DNA of 64,000 nucleotides. It comes from Candidatus Poribacteria bacterium. Lineage in GTDB: Bacteria > Poribacteria > WGA-4E > PCPOR2b. Below the pieces are notes generated by a model that was not told the origin of the DNA, did not search any database, and was given only the letters and a program-made list of their open reading frames with translations. A program made the position numbers and the translations under genes. Positions 18,066 through 28,295 of the stretch are shown piece by piece (positions within the stretch are counted from its first letter, which is position 1; each line of letters begins with the position of its first letter). Location of the stretch: contig OZ244042.1 of the NCBI GenBank assembly GCA_965215015.1, positions 4,704,001-4,768,000 of the forward strand, written 5' to 3'.

Positions 18066-18818
18066 TCAAGTCCGATACGCCTGAACTGTTTTGAGGAATT
18101 TCTGTACTTCCGACGGAACAAGGTGATCCACCGAATTGCCCCGCTGAATTTGCGATCGGATGTCTGTTGAAGATATCTCCGCATAAAAATCTGGTAATTC
18201 AATCAGATCAATGCCTCCCGCATAACGGTGGTAATCCGGATCTTCCATCACCTCCTTTACAGCATCCGCATCATAGTCTTGGCGGTTTGCAACGATGAAG
18301 CAACATTGATTAAAAAGGGCTTCCAATGCGCTGTGCAAATCGGTATAATATTTCGGGTCAAACAGGCGAATGAACGTGTCGTAGCCGACAATGAATGAAA
18401 AGTGTGTGCCGGGGGGATACGCAGCCTTTAACGCTTCAATCTTCTCAATGAATTTACCATGACTGCAAGCGGCAACAGAAAAATCCTCACGGTTCGCTGT
18501 GTACTCCTTGAGCATCAATAGACGATTTGCAAGAGAAAGACCGAACACCCCCTTATCAACATTTGCCCTTGCCAAAATCAGCAAAACCTCATCTAGATTG
18601 TGCTTTTTCTGCGCTGCTTTGATCATTTCGATGTGAGCAACTGTGAGCGGATTGAACGATCCGGAAAAAATACCGAGTCTCCTACCGCTCGCCTTGATAT
18701 GCCGAGCAGCACGGTAAACCCAGCGGATTTGGGGTTCGCCGTCCGGATCCAGTTGATCCACAAGCATTTCCAAATGACGATTCTCCTCGGAATGTTTGGA
18801 CGTTTGAATGTTTTCCAA
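18066..18818 (-). CDS. Nicotinate/nicotinamide nucleotide adenylyltransferase-like protein (NadD-like)
   Basis: SGSFNPLTVAH (HIGH variant), IVGYDT, EISSTDIR. Confidence 0.8.
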   Translation of the reverse strand: MENIQTSKHSEENRHLEMLVDQLDPDGEPQIRWVYRAARHIKASGRRLGIFSGSFNPLTVAHIEMIKAAQKKHNLDEVLLILARANVDKGVFGLSLANRLLMLKEYTANREDFSVAACSHGKFIEKIEALKAAYPPGTHFSFIVGYDTFIRLFDPKYYTDLHSALEALFNQCCFIVANRQDYDADAVKEVMEDPDYHRYAGGIDLIELPDFYAEISSTDIRSQIQRGNSVDHLVPSEVQKFLKTVQAYRT

Positions 18819-18893
18819 AATTAAACTCCTTCATAAGACAACCTCGATTGAAGATCGAGCGTCACAGTTCATTATGCTAGGGTAGCATTACCA

Positions 18894-21800
18894 ATGCCAA
18901 TTATCAAGCGAAATTTTAACAACCCGGCGCACTATCGTGTGGACTTGGATTTGACAACTCAAGCCGTGCAGCAATCGCCTATCAAAACATACTTAAGGTG
19001 TTTCCACCGCGCTCTGCTTGCCCTGCTCGTTGTGGGAATATCCATCGTCATAACAGGGGACGTTTCCGCTGATACCGATACGCTAACAGCTAGCCATCAA
19101 AGGATGCTTGCCCTTCTCAAGCAAATCGCGGATCAAACCGCCGAAACAAATAGCTACATAGGTGAGAAGCTCGCATATCAGCTACGTAGGCATCTCGCCA
19201 ACTTGCCCGTAAATGCCTCGGATCTAACCCGATGGCGTCTCCATACAGAGTTAGGTGAGGCAGAACTTCGGCTCGGTAATGAACGGGCGGCAATAGATCA
19301 GCTCACACAGGCAGGCAAACTACTGCCCCGATTGAGAGGACAACTCTCTCCCCTGAGGGCAAATCAGACCCTCTTTCGCCTCGGCGTAGCACACATGCGA
19401 CAGGGTGAAACGCAAAACTGCTGCCCCAACCAGATTGGGATTCCGAGCAACCCCGACAGTTGCATTTTGCCGTTACGAGATGGCGGGATTCACACACAGC
19501 AAGAGGGTTCGCTAAAGGCGATAACCTATTTCACAAAAGTGCTGCGGAACACAACAACCGAATTACCGCTCCATCTGGAAGCAAGGTGGCTGCTCAACAT
19601 CGCTTGCATGACGGTTGGAGGCTATCCAGAGCAGGTTCCTAAGCCATACCTTCTTCCCCCGGAGACATTCCAATCCGCAGAAGAAATGCCGCGCTTCACC
19701 AACATTGCACCACATTTAGGGCTTGATACATTTGATCTATCCGGCGGCACAATTGTTGATGACTTCGACAACGACAACTACCTAGATATCGTCGTCTCGA
19801 CGTGGGATCCCGCCGGACAAATTCGCTTTTTCCGAAACAACCGAGACGGGTCCTTCTCGGAGCGGACGAAACAGGCAGGGGTTCTCGGTCTGTATGGCGG
19901 GTTGAACCTCATCCAAGCAGACTACGACAACGACGACGATGTTGATATCCTTGTGTTGCGGGGGGCTTGGCTTGAGACAGCGGGTCAACACCCAAATTCC
20001 CTATTACGTAATAACGGCGACGCTACATTCACGGACGTAACCTTCGATGCCGGTTTAGGCGAGGTGCACTACCCCACTCAGACAGCATCTTGGGGCGACT
20101 ACGATAACGACGGTGACCTCGATCTGTACGTCGGAAACGAATCAACGGAAGCGTTCAATGCCCCTTGTCAGCTATTCCGCAACAACGGCAACGGCACTTT
20201 CTCCGATGTGGCTGCGGAAGCCGGTGTACAAAACTACGGCTTTACCAAGTCAGTAATCTGGGGCGATTACAATGCGGATAGGTTCCTCGACCTCTATGTA
20301 TCCAACTTCAAAGGCATCAATCGCCTCTATCACAACAACGGCGACGGCACCTTCTCCGATGTGGCGGGGCAACTCGATATCAGCTTTCCGATACGCAGCT
20401 TTCCCGCCTGGTTCTGGGATTTCGACAACGATGGGGTGTTGGACCTGTATGTGTCTGCCTATTCCGCCGGTATCTCACATCTCGCAGCAAAGGCACTCGG
20501 CATCTCCATACATTCTCCACCTTCTGCAGCAGGAGTAAACCCAAAAACGACCTATCATAACCAACCCAACCTGGGTGAGAATGGGTTAGCGAATCTATAT
20601 CGGGGGGATGGTCACGGCGGCTTCGAGGAGGTTGCGCGACAACACAATCTGCTACAACCCAACGCGCCGATGGGATCGAATTTCGGTGACCTCGACAACG
20701 ACGGCTATCTCGATTTTTACCTCGGCACCGGATATCCGGACTATAAAAACCTCATGCCAAGTCTCATGTATCGCAATCGGCGGGGCATAGGCTTCGTAGA
20801 CGTGACCTATGCTGGAGGCTTTGGGCATCTACAGAAGGGCCACGCTGTTGTCTTCGCTGATCTCGACAACGATGGCGACCAAGACATCTTCGAGCAGATG
20901 GGCGGTGCCTTTCCGGGCGATGGATATAATAACGTCTTATATGAAAACCCCGGCTTTGGCACCCATTTTCTCACAATCAAGCTTGTCGGTGTACGCTCCA
21001 ACCGATCGGCAATCGGAGCGCGCATCCATGCCGAGGTCGTCGAAAATGGGGAGCGACGCTCAATTTATAAGCATGTTAACAGCGGTGGCACCTTTGGTGC
21101 CAATCCACTCCGGCAAACAATCGGTTTAGGAAAGGCAGAAAAAATCGAGACGCTTGAAATCTTCTGGCATACCACCGGACTCACACAAACGTTCCACGAC
21201 GTGCCTCTCGATCAGTTTATTCAGATTACCGAAGGTGAGCCACAATACACAACTATTCAACTCAGGAAGCTAAAACTGGGATCAGGAACTCAGATAGAGC
21301 CCAACGAATCTCAAACCTCTCAAAATCATCACAAAGCCCACTCCAAAGAAGATTCACAACCTGCCTCAGGAGGCAGTGAGCCCTCTGATTTTGCGGCATA
21401 TTATAATCGCGGGTTAGACCTGAGCAAAAGTGAGAATTATCTAGGTGCCGTGGAATCGCTTAAAAAAGCCATTCAAATCGATCCCAATCGCGCGGAACCG
21501 TACCGTCTCCTTGGACGCATCTACCTGCTTTACCTCGCCAAAACCACAGAGGCAATCGAATCTCTCCAAACCGAGATCAAGCTAGCACCCGACAATCCCA
21601 CCACATACCAGATGCTCGGTGTCGCCTACTTCAAACGAAATCAGTACCCAGAAGCGATTCAGGCATTGCGCCGAGCTATCGAATTGAATCCTGAAGTCGC
21701 CCCGGATTACCCTTACCACCCGTATTATGACCTCGGTATGGTCTATCTGAAACAGGGCAAATTTGATGACGCGATTATCTGCTTTGAACGGGCAATCGAA

Positions 21801-22373
21801 CTGGATCCGGACCAGATTCGGGCATACCACAGTTTAGGAAACACATATATCCGACAAGGGAGCGTCCAGAAAGGTGCCGAACTGATTAGAAAGTATCAGC
21901 GTCTCAAACCTTATATGAATCTTGCGTCGCAGCTGGAAATCGCCCTCCAACAGAATCCAGACAACCCCGAACGTTGGCATCAGCTTGGACGCGTTCACGC
22001 ACAATACGGCAGGTTTGAAAAGGCTATCAAGCCTTTAGAACAATCCATCAAACTTAGCCGAGACAACTGGAAGGTTTACAATATACTTGCGGTATGTTAC
22101 ATGAGACTCAACCAATTGGACAGGATGCAGCGTGTGTGTGAGACCGCTGCGCGCCTCGCCCCCAATGAACCCAATGCACATAATAGTCTTGGGATGAGCT
22201 ACTTTCTCCAGAGAAGGTATTCCGACGCAACACAGTCATTTACCACTGCTATTCAGCTTGACCCACATAACCCGGAATTCCACGAAAATCTTGGCGAAAC
22301 GTATAAACGATTGGGTGAACCAAAAAAAGCCTCTCAGGAATTCAGAATCGCTCAGCAACTCCGAGCAAAATAG
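18894..22373 (+). CDS. CRTAC1-family FG-GAP/ASPIC-UnbV protein with C-terminal TPR repeats
   Basis: Repeated DYDNDGDLDLYV, RNNGDGTF, SNRSAIGAR; TPR repeats from about residue 835. Confidence 0.9.
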   Translation: MPIIKRNFNNPAHYRVDLDLTTQAVQQSPIKTYLRCFHRALLALLVVGISIVITGDVSADTDTLTASHQRMLALLKQIADQTAETNSYIGEKLAYQLRRHLANLPVNASDLTRWRLHTELGEAELRLGNERAAIDQLTQAGKLLPRLRGQLSPLRANQTLFRLGVAHMRQGETQNCCPNQIGIPSNPDSCILPLRDGGIHTQQEGSLKAITYFTKVLRNTTTELPLHLEARWLLNIACMTVGGYPEQVPKPYLLPPETFQSAEEMPRFTNIAPHLGLDTFDLSGGTIVDDFDNDNYLDIVVSTWDPAGQIRFFRNNRDGSFSERTKQAGVLGLYGGLNLIQADYDNDDDVDILVLRGAWLETAGQHPNSLLRNNGDATFTDVTFDAGLGEVHYPTQTASWGDYDNDGDLDLYVGNESTEAFNAPCQLFRNNGNGTFSDVAAEAGVQNYGFTKSVIWGDYNADRFLDLYVSNFKGINRLYHNNGDGTFSDVAGQLDISFPIRSFPAWFWDFDNDGVLDLYVSAYSAGISHLAAKALGISIHSPPSAAGVNPKTTYHNQPNLGENGLANLYRGDGHGGFEEVARQHNLLQPNAPMGSNFGDLDNDGYLDFYLGTGYPDYKNLMPSLMYRNRRGIGFVDVTYAGGFGHLQKGHAVVFADLDNDGDQDIFEQMGGAFPGDGYNNVLYENPGFGTHFLTIKLVGVRSNRSAIGARIHAEVVENGERRSIYKHVNSGGTFGANPLRQTIGLGKAEKIETLEIFWHTTGLTQTFHDVPLDQFIQITEGEPQYTTIQLRKLKLGSGTQIEPNESQTSQNHHKAHSKEDSQPASGGSEPSDFAAYYNRGLDLSKSENYLGAVESLKKAIQIDPNRAEPYRLLGRIYLLYLAKTTEAIESLQTEIKLAPDNPTTYQMLGVAYFKRNQYPEAIQALRRAIELNPEVAPDYPYHPYYDLGMVYLKQGKFDDAIICFERAIELDPDQIRAYHSLGNTYIRQGSVQKGAELIRKYQRLKPYMNLASQLEIALQQNPDNPERWHQLGRVHAQYGRFEKAIKPLEQSIKLSRDNWKVYNILAVCYMRLNQLDRMQRVCETAARLAPNEPNAHNSLGMSYFLQRRYSDATQSFTTAIQLDPHNPEFHENLGETYKRLGEPKKASQEFRIAQQLRAK

Positions 22374-22588
22374 AAGAATCTAAGTTGCTAGGAGTAGGCA
22401 CACTCTGTATGCCGTAACCTCCATCTCATGAACCCCGTGAGTTCATTAGTTCAACAGCTCACTATTGCACCAATGAACCAACGTAGCCTCTGCGGAGCGA
22501 TAGGGGTATAGCAGGTTTTCATTTTAATATTTCATGGGTAGTGGGCGTAAATTTTCAATAGATTTAGCTTAAAACAACAGCTAGAAAA

Positions 22589-24232
22589 ATGGGAAAAAAG
22601 CTAAAACATTGGTTTATCCTTATACTTAACCTTCTCACCGCACTCTGCCATGCACAAATCGCCGTTCAATTCGTTGATGTTACCACAGAGGCGGGCATTA
22701 CGTTCAAGCACGTCAATGGTGCCAGCGATCGGAAGTTCTATTTGGAAACAATGGGCTCCGGCGCGACTTTCTTGGATTATGATAACGACGGGGATTTAGA
22801 CCTTTATATCGTTAATGGAGCACCATTGCCCGGCTTTGAGACAGCTGCCCCACCCACGAACCTCCTCTATCAAAACGATGGGACTGGTAGGTTTATCGAG
22901 GTCACCGCGGCGGCGGGCGTGGGGGACACCGGCTACGGTATGGGCTGTGTCGCCGCAGATTACGACAACGACGGCGATCCAGATTTATACGTGACCAATT
23001 TCGGCGCAAATCTCCTCTATCAAAATAATGGGGAAGGCACGTTCACCGACATGACAACTCACGCCGGTGTGGGAGGGGGGGATGAATGGAGTTCAAGTTG
23101 CGCCTTCGTGGACTACGACCATGATGGTAACTTAGACCTCTACGTCGTCAACTACCTCGATTATGACCTAGCGCAAGACCGGGATTGGTACGATCCACAC
23201 GGGCGGCGGGTGTATGCGAATCCGCAAGTTTACCCCGGCGTCTCAGACACCCTTTATAGAAACAACGGCGATGGGACATTTACGGATGTAACGGGGCAAG
23301 CGGGCGTTTATAACAACGAAGGCAAAGGGCTCGGTGTTACCTGCGGGGATTACGACAACGATGGACGTATCGATATTTATGTTGCCAACGACACAACGCC
23401 CAATTTTCTCTACCGCAATGTTGGCGATGGGCGTTTTGTGGATATCGCTCCTTTTGCGGGTGCCGCGTATAACGAGCACGGTGTTGCGGAAGGTGGGATG
23501 GGGGTCGATTTCGGAGACTACAACAACGATGGCACTCTGGACATCTTCGTCACTAATTTTTCCAACGAAACAAATACATTGTACCATAACACGACAGACG
23601 GTGCCTTAATCGACTTTACAAACATCGCGGGTCTGGGGGAAGCCAGTTTCCTGAGATTGGCTTTCGGAACAAAGTTCTTCGATGCGGACAATGATGGTGC
23701 ATTAGACCTCTTTGTCGCCAACGGCCATCTCTATCCAACCGACTCCGATGCACTCGAATACGCACAAACCGATCAGCTTTTCATCAACACAGGGGAGGGA
23801 ACTTTTGTGGATGCTTCTGATCGGTCCGGCGAGTATTTCTCGATTAAAAGGGTAGGGCGCGGTACCGCCTTTGGCGATTACGATAACGACGGCGACGTCG
23901 ACATTTTTATCGTGAATCTGAATCAGGAAGGGGTGCTCCTCCGCAACAAAGGCGGAAACAAACACAACTGGCTGATGATAAAAACCGTTGGGAGCAAAAG
24001 CAACCGCGATGGGATAGGCACACGCGTCGGAGTCGTAACCCGTTTCCACTCCCAGATGCGAGAGGTACAAGCAGGATCGAGCTATCTTTCGGGGCACGAC
24101 TTGCGGCTTATTTTTGGGTTAGGAACAGAAACAAAAGCAGAAACAGTGAAAATTATTTGGCCCAGTGGGGCAGAACAAACACTCCTGGACGTTGAAGCGA
24201 ATCAGCTGCTTGTCATCACCGAAGAAAATTAG
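22589..24232 (+). CDS. CRTAC1-family FG-GAP/ASPIC-UnbV protein
   Basis: Signal peptide, ETMGSG, DYDNDGD repeats, SNRDGIGTRV, GSSYLSG, FGLG. Confidence 0.92.
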   Translation: MGKKLKHWFILILNLLTALCHAQIAVQFVDVTTEAGITFKHVNGASDRKFYLETMGSGATFLDYDNDGDLDLYIVNGAPLPGFETAAPPTNLLYQNDGTGRFIEVTAAAGVGDTGYGMGCVAADYDNDGDPDLYVTNFGANLLYQNNGEGTFTDMTTHAGVGGGDEWSSSCAFVDYDHDGNLDLYVVNYLDYDLAQDRDWYDPHGRRVYANPQVYPGVSDTLYRNNGDGTFTDVTGQAGVYNNEGKGLGVTCGDYDNDGRIDIYVANDTTPNFLYRNVGDGRFVDIAPFAGAAYNEHGVAEGGMGVDFGDYNNDGTLDIFVTNFSNETNTLYHNTTDGALIDFTNIAGLGEASFLRLAFGTKFFDADNDGALDLFVANGHLYPTDSDALEYAQTDQLFINTGEGTFVDASDRSGEYFSIKRVGRGTAFGDYDNDGDVDIFIVNLNQEGVLLRNKGGNKHNWLMIKTVGSKSNRDGIGTRVGVVTRFHSQMREVQAGSSYLSGHDLRLIFGLGTETKAETVKIIWPSGAEQTLLDVEANQLLVITEEN

Positions 24233-24420
24233 TTGAAAGCCCCTTCATTACTTTCAAGGAACAGTGATGTAGTGACGCAGATTAGATTGAACGGTTAAAA
24301 GCAAATCCATATCAACAACAATAGAGAGGCTCCTTTTTAATTACATGAGGGGTGCTCATAATTATCGTTCTATCTTGTCTGTTAGGCATTGCCTAACAGG
24401 CGTCAAGGTTCTCTCCGCTT

Positions 24421-24701
24421 CTATCGGAGACTGACGCTCTCCCCTGAGCGGGTGGATGCCCCTACCTGATAGATATTAACCGCCGCTTTGCGGCCTCTAT
24501 CCAACTGCGTAGCGAGACCACCGCTTTAACTTTGTCAAGTGTCGCATCAGTGTTTTCTTATCCAGATATTTGCTATAGATAGCATAGTATCTGCCGCACA
24601 AGGCGACAAAGTGATTACATACTTCAGCGGGGGCAATCAATCGTTTTGTGCAACTCACGGTTGCCGTGATGGCTATACATCTTGAACTGGTAGGTTTTCA
24701 G
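24421..24701 (-). pseudogene. tnpB: Internally deleted IS200/IS605 tnpB remnant
   Basis: Minus strand encodes a TnpB-like N-terminus LKTYQFKMY...CNHFVALCGRYYAIYSKYLDKKTLMRHLTKLKR (one frameshift) joined directly to a C-terminal LDRGRKAAVNIYQVGAST (degenerate DRDxNAAxNI). Confidence 0.7.
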
Positions 24702-25115
24702 GGAAGGGTCTTTCTTACCTACTTCACGAAGGTTGGGACGGGAGGTTGCCTATCCCCTAACGATTAGGAAAGACTCTTCCGAGGACGATGTAGTAGATGG
24801 ATCTCTTGACTATTTCCAAAACGATAAGGAAAATAAAAAAGACTATTAGTCCTCCCCAAACATCCTCCATCTCGAGGTCCCCCCCACCCCCGCGTTTATC
24901 GTTAACCCCACTATTAGCACTGTCGTTAGTCCAAGGATTAGACTATACAAGACTTTAAGGAATCTATACCATGCTTTGGTATTCAAGTAAGCAATACCTT
25001 TTTGATTTTGATTGCTCTGGAAATCCAGATCTCAGCCCTCCGCTTCCCCTCAGATAAGATAATAAAGTTCAAATCATCTGTTTAAAAGGAGATATACCCC
25101 TCTACTCAATCCGGT

Positions 25116-26180
25116 CTATTTCCAAGGCACGGCCACCCCAAGCTCATCTGCCAACCCCTCAAGGGACTGTACCTGAGACTTGTGCAGCGGAATACCATTC
25201 GCACGACGTTCTTGGGTGAGTTCCCATTCGATTTCACCGGGAAGCGTAACCCGATCAAATCCCACCCGCGGTTTCGCTTTACGGGTCGTGCGAATCTGTT
25301 CGTCTATTTCCTCCTTAAATTGATCAACCGAGGTCAAACTCTCAACATTGATGGCAAAGAAAAAGTGAGCGGTCGCAATTTTTTCAGGCGGTGCGTTCCG
25401 TGGATTGTACGCTTTATTGATCCCCATCAGTCCACCCCCTAACGGTCCGCACAACACGTCCATGATAATTGCAAGCGCAGAACCTTTCGGACCCGCAGCG
25501 GGCAGGATTGCCGCCACCTTTGATGGATCATCAGTCTCCTCTCCATTCTCGTCTAGTCCCCAACCTAAAGGAATCTTCTGATCATACATTCGCGCAGTCC
25601 CAATTCTACCGGCAGCCGCAGCACCACACGCCATATCCAACACAATCGGCGGTTCCTCGCCGGCGGGGATGGCGAAAGCAAGCGCGTTGTTACCGATTGA
25701 GTTGCTCCTCGCGCCAAAGACCGCCACGTTCACGCCGCCTCCATTGGTAGTTGCAAAGCCAATCATATCGTGTTCAAGCGCACGCATCGCATGACTAGAA
25801 GCGGCACCGAAGTGTTTACTGTTGCGAACAACCACAATGCCGATCGAAGCTGCCCTGGCTTTTTCAATAGCAAGGTTCATTCCGTGGATAGCAACAAGGT
25901 GCCCCAAGCCCCGGTCACCATCAAGTAAAGCGGACGCAGGGTTATCTGCAAGGGTTTTGATGTCGGGATTCGGGTTAGTATCGCCATCTATCAGCCCGCG
26001 CACATAGCCCGGCACACCGCGTGTGGCGTGTGAGGGAACGCCTCGCAGATCCATCAAAACCTGCATCTGAGCGATGGTATCGGCGTACTCTCGCGCGACA
26101 CAGCCTTTTTGATATAGCTGGCTGCAGACCTGTTGGAGCTGGTCTGCATTGACAATTGTTTCCTGTTCGCGTTGATTCAT
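25116..26180 (-). CDS. Ldh_2 (malate/L-lactate dehydrogenase type 2) family oxidoreductase
   Basis: DLRGVPSH, LDGDRGLGH, SKHFGA, LDMA, GPKGSAL, LPGEIE. Confidence 0.9.
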   Translation of the reverse strand: MNQREQETIVNADQLQQVCSQLYQKGCVAREYADTIAQMQVLMDLRGVPSHATRGVPGYVRGLIDGDTNPNPDIKTLADNPASALLDGDRGLGHLVAIHGMNLAIEKARAASIGIVVVRNSKHFGAASSHAMRALEHDMIGFATTNGGGVNVAVFGARSNSIGNNALAFAIPAGEEPPIVLDMACGAAAAGRIGTARMYDQKIPLGWGLDENGEETDDPSKVAAILPAAGPKGSALAIIMDVLCGPLGGGLMGINKAYNPRNAPPEKIATAHFFFAINVESLTSVDQFKEEIDEQIRTTRKAKPRVGFDRVTLPGEIEWELTQERRANGIPLHKSQVQSLEGLADELGVAVPWK

Positions 26181-26287
26181 CTTAACCTCCTCATGCGTGA
26201 AATGTAAAACGTGATGCGTGAATAAATTAAAAAATCTGACTTAGAACCGTACCCTGGTTTCACAACTATTCAGAAGCGCGTAGTGGG

Positions 26288-26761
26288 TCAAGGACGAATG
26301 TAAAGATTATACGGTCTATTAAGCCCATCCGGGTCGCCCTGATCCAACAGCATGTTTGAGGTCTTGCCCAAAACACACCGAGCGACCCACCGATTGAGTG
26401 CAGGAATTTCTTCGGCTGAAAATGCTTCAACCTCCTCAAGGGTAAAGTATCCAGCAGCGTCAACCTCGTGCCCGTCGGGAATGGGGTCATGCGATACAAC
26501 AGGCGTTAGCCTGAAAATGAGGTAGGTGGAATTATCGTTTTCCTTCACACGGTGACGTACCCCAAGCAAGCCCTCGACCTCCGCGCGGATGCCGGTTTCT
26601 TCGTAAATCTCCCGCACGACACCCTCATGGGCACATTCCTCCGATTTGACATATCCCCCCGGAATCTGCCACTTCTTGGCACCATAGACGTGATGAACTA
26701 AAAGCAGTTGTCCATCACGCACAACCGCCCCGCCAACACCAAGCGTAAATTTCCACTCCAT
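26288..26761 (-). CDS. NUDIX hydrolase
   Basis: Nudix box PGGYVKSEECAHEGVVREIYEETGI. Confidence 0.9.
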   Translation of the reverse strand: MEWKFTLGVGGAVVRDGQLLLVHHVYGAKKWQIPGGYVKSEECAHEGVVREIYEETGIRAEVEGLLGVRHRVKENDNSTYLIFRLTPVVSHDPIPDGHEVDAAGYFTLEEVEAFSAEEIPALNRWVARCVLGKTSNMLLDQGDPDGLNRPYNLYIRP

Positions 26762-26815
26762 ATCCTCCCCTTTTCCGCGCTATCTCAGGTTAGATTCAAT
26801 CTTTCAAACAGAGAT

Positions 26816-28021
26816 TTAGATCCCCCATCGTTCGTTGATCTCGTCTTGATACCCTGTCACCCTCTCGTTGTAGACATCATCGAATTTCACCACCTGACCG
26901 ATCCACCCCGATTCGTAAATCGCATTGCAGACCGCCTGCGCCTTCAAGCCATCAATCCCATCGAGCTCAGGTCTACGTCGTGTCCGAACCGCATCCAGAA
27001 AATCGTAGACCTCAAGCATCACCCCTTCCGTGATGCCGTGCGGGAACAACCGCTCCTTTTCCTCTGGACTGAGGTTTGCCATGTAGGTGCTTTGCAAAGC
27101 ATCCGGATCCTGCGTGCTCCCATCCCACAGTTGCAATTCAGGCGATTGTGGGTATCCACCCGTGCTGTAGATAGAACCGACGCTTCCGTGATAGCTGTTA
27201 TAGCCTATACTGTGTCCCGGGGCAGCACCGGTGTTGACCCATTGACCGATTACACCACTCTTAAATGTGATCGTTGCAAGTGCTGTATCCTCGACGGTTT
27301 GTGGCACATAATTGCCATCTGAATCCTTGAACTGGTATTGGGTCAAGTTTTCTGATTTGGCATAGACTTCATCGGGCTCACCGTAGAAATAGATGAGGAG
27401 ATCTATGTAGTGCACCCCACCATCGATGATTCCGTTTCCACCGCCCGTGAGTTTGTCTCTCCGCCATGTTGTCATCTCATCGCGTAAGAGATTTTCGGGA
27501 TCTCTGTTAGCACCACTGACACTCTGTCGGAAAAACATACGAGACTCCCCAATCCGCTTCTCTTTGTTGATAAGCCACTCAACGGTGCGTGAACTCACCC
27601 ATCGGCGCACCTGCTCTGCGGTGGCAAGGATACGATTGTGCGCTGCTGCAGTCTTAATCATCTTGTGTCCCGCGCGAACTGTTACCCCAAGCGGTTTCTC
27701 AACGATGACGTCAACCCCCGCTTCAAAGCAGGTAATTGCAAGCGTATGATGTAGGAAATGGGGACCACAGATGTCAGCGGCAGTCAATGTCTCCTGCGCT
27801 AGCATCTTATCAATGTCGTCGTAGACTGCGGGTTCCACACCTCCTTGCGCTTCAGCAGCTCTCGTAGCAAAGCCCTTCGCGCGATCTATATCGACATCAC
27901 ACATCGCCACAAAATCGAAAATATCAATACCACGATTCTTGAGTCCAATGTAGGCGTTCAGATGTGCCCCTGCCATCCCGCCGCAACCAATGATAGCCAA
28001 TCTAACTTTGTCAGTTTGCAT
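26816..28021 (-). CDS. Gfo/Idh/MocA oxidoreductase
   Basis: IIGCGGMA, EKP, GIIDGGVHYID. Confidence 0.92.
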   Translation of the reverse strand: MQTDKVRLAIIGCGGMAGAHLNAYIGLKNRGIDIFDFVAMCDVDIDRAKGFATRAAEAQGGVEPAVYDDIDKMLAQETLTAADICGPHFLHHTLAITCFEAGVDVIVEKPLGVTVRAGHKMIKTAAAHNRILATAEQVRRWVSSRTVEWLINKEKRIGESRMFFRQSVSGANRDPENLLRDEMTTWRRDKLTGGGNGIIDGGVHYIDLLIYFYGEPDEVYAKSENLTQYQFKDSDGNYVPQTVEDTALATITFKSGVIGQWVNTGAAPGHSIGYNSYHGSVGSIYSTGGYPQSPELQLWDGSTQDPDALQSTYMANLSPEEKERLFPHGITEGVMLEVYDFLDAVRTRRRPELDGIDGLKAQAVCNAIYESGWIGQVVKFDDVYNERVTGYQDEINERWGI

Positions 28022-28295
28022 AACGCTCTCCCTATCTGGAATTTCACGCCCCTGTTTTTACCATTCAATCATACCACGACTCCAGGAAAAGATCAACGCG
28101 CAATACTCAATAGAAACTCCCATGAAATTGAGGTCATTATTTCACCGGAAATTTATACTCACTCAAACAGAATATCAATTTGCCGTAAGAATCGAATAAT
28201 GGGAAAGATGTGGGGAGGAGAATCGAGAACGGACTCTGATGGATAAAAACAAAAAGGTAGGATTCAAAAAAAGGCACATCACTGGACTGAAAGAT

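Noticed and set aside
17955-24361. Composite transposon carrying the CRTAC1 genes between two MITE ends
   Set aside because: The two ends are oriented as belonging to elements lying outside this interval, so they do not enclose the genes
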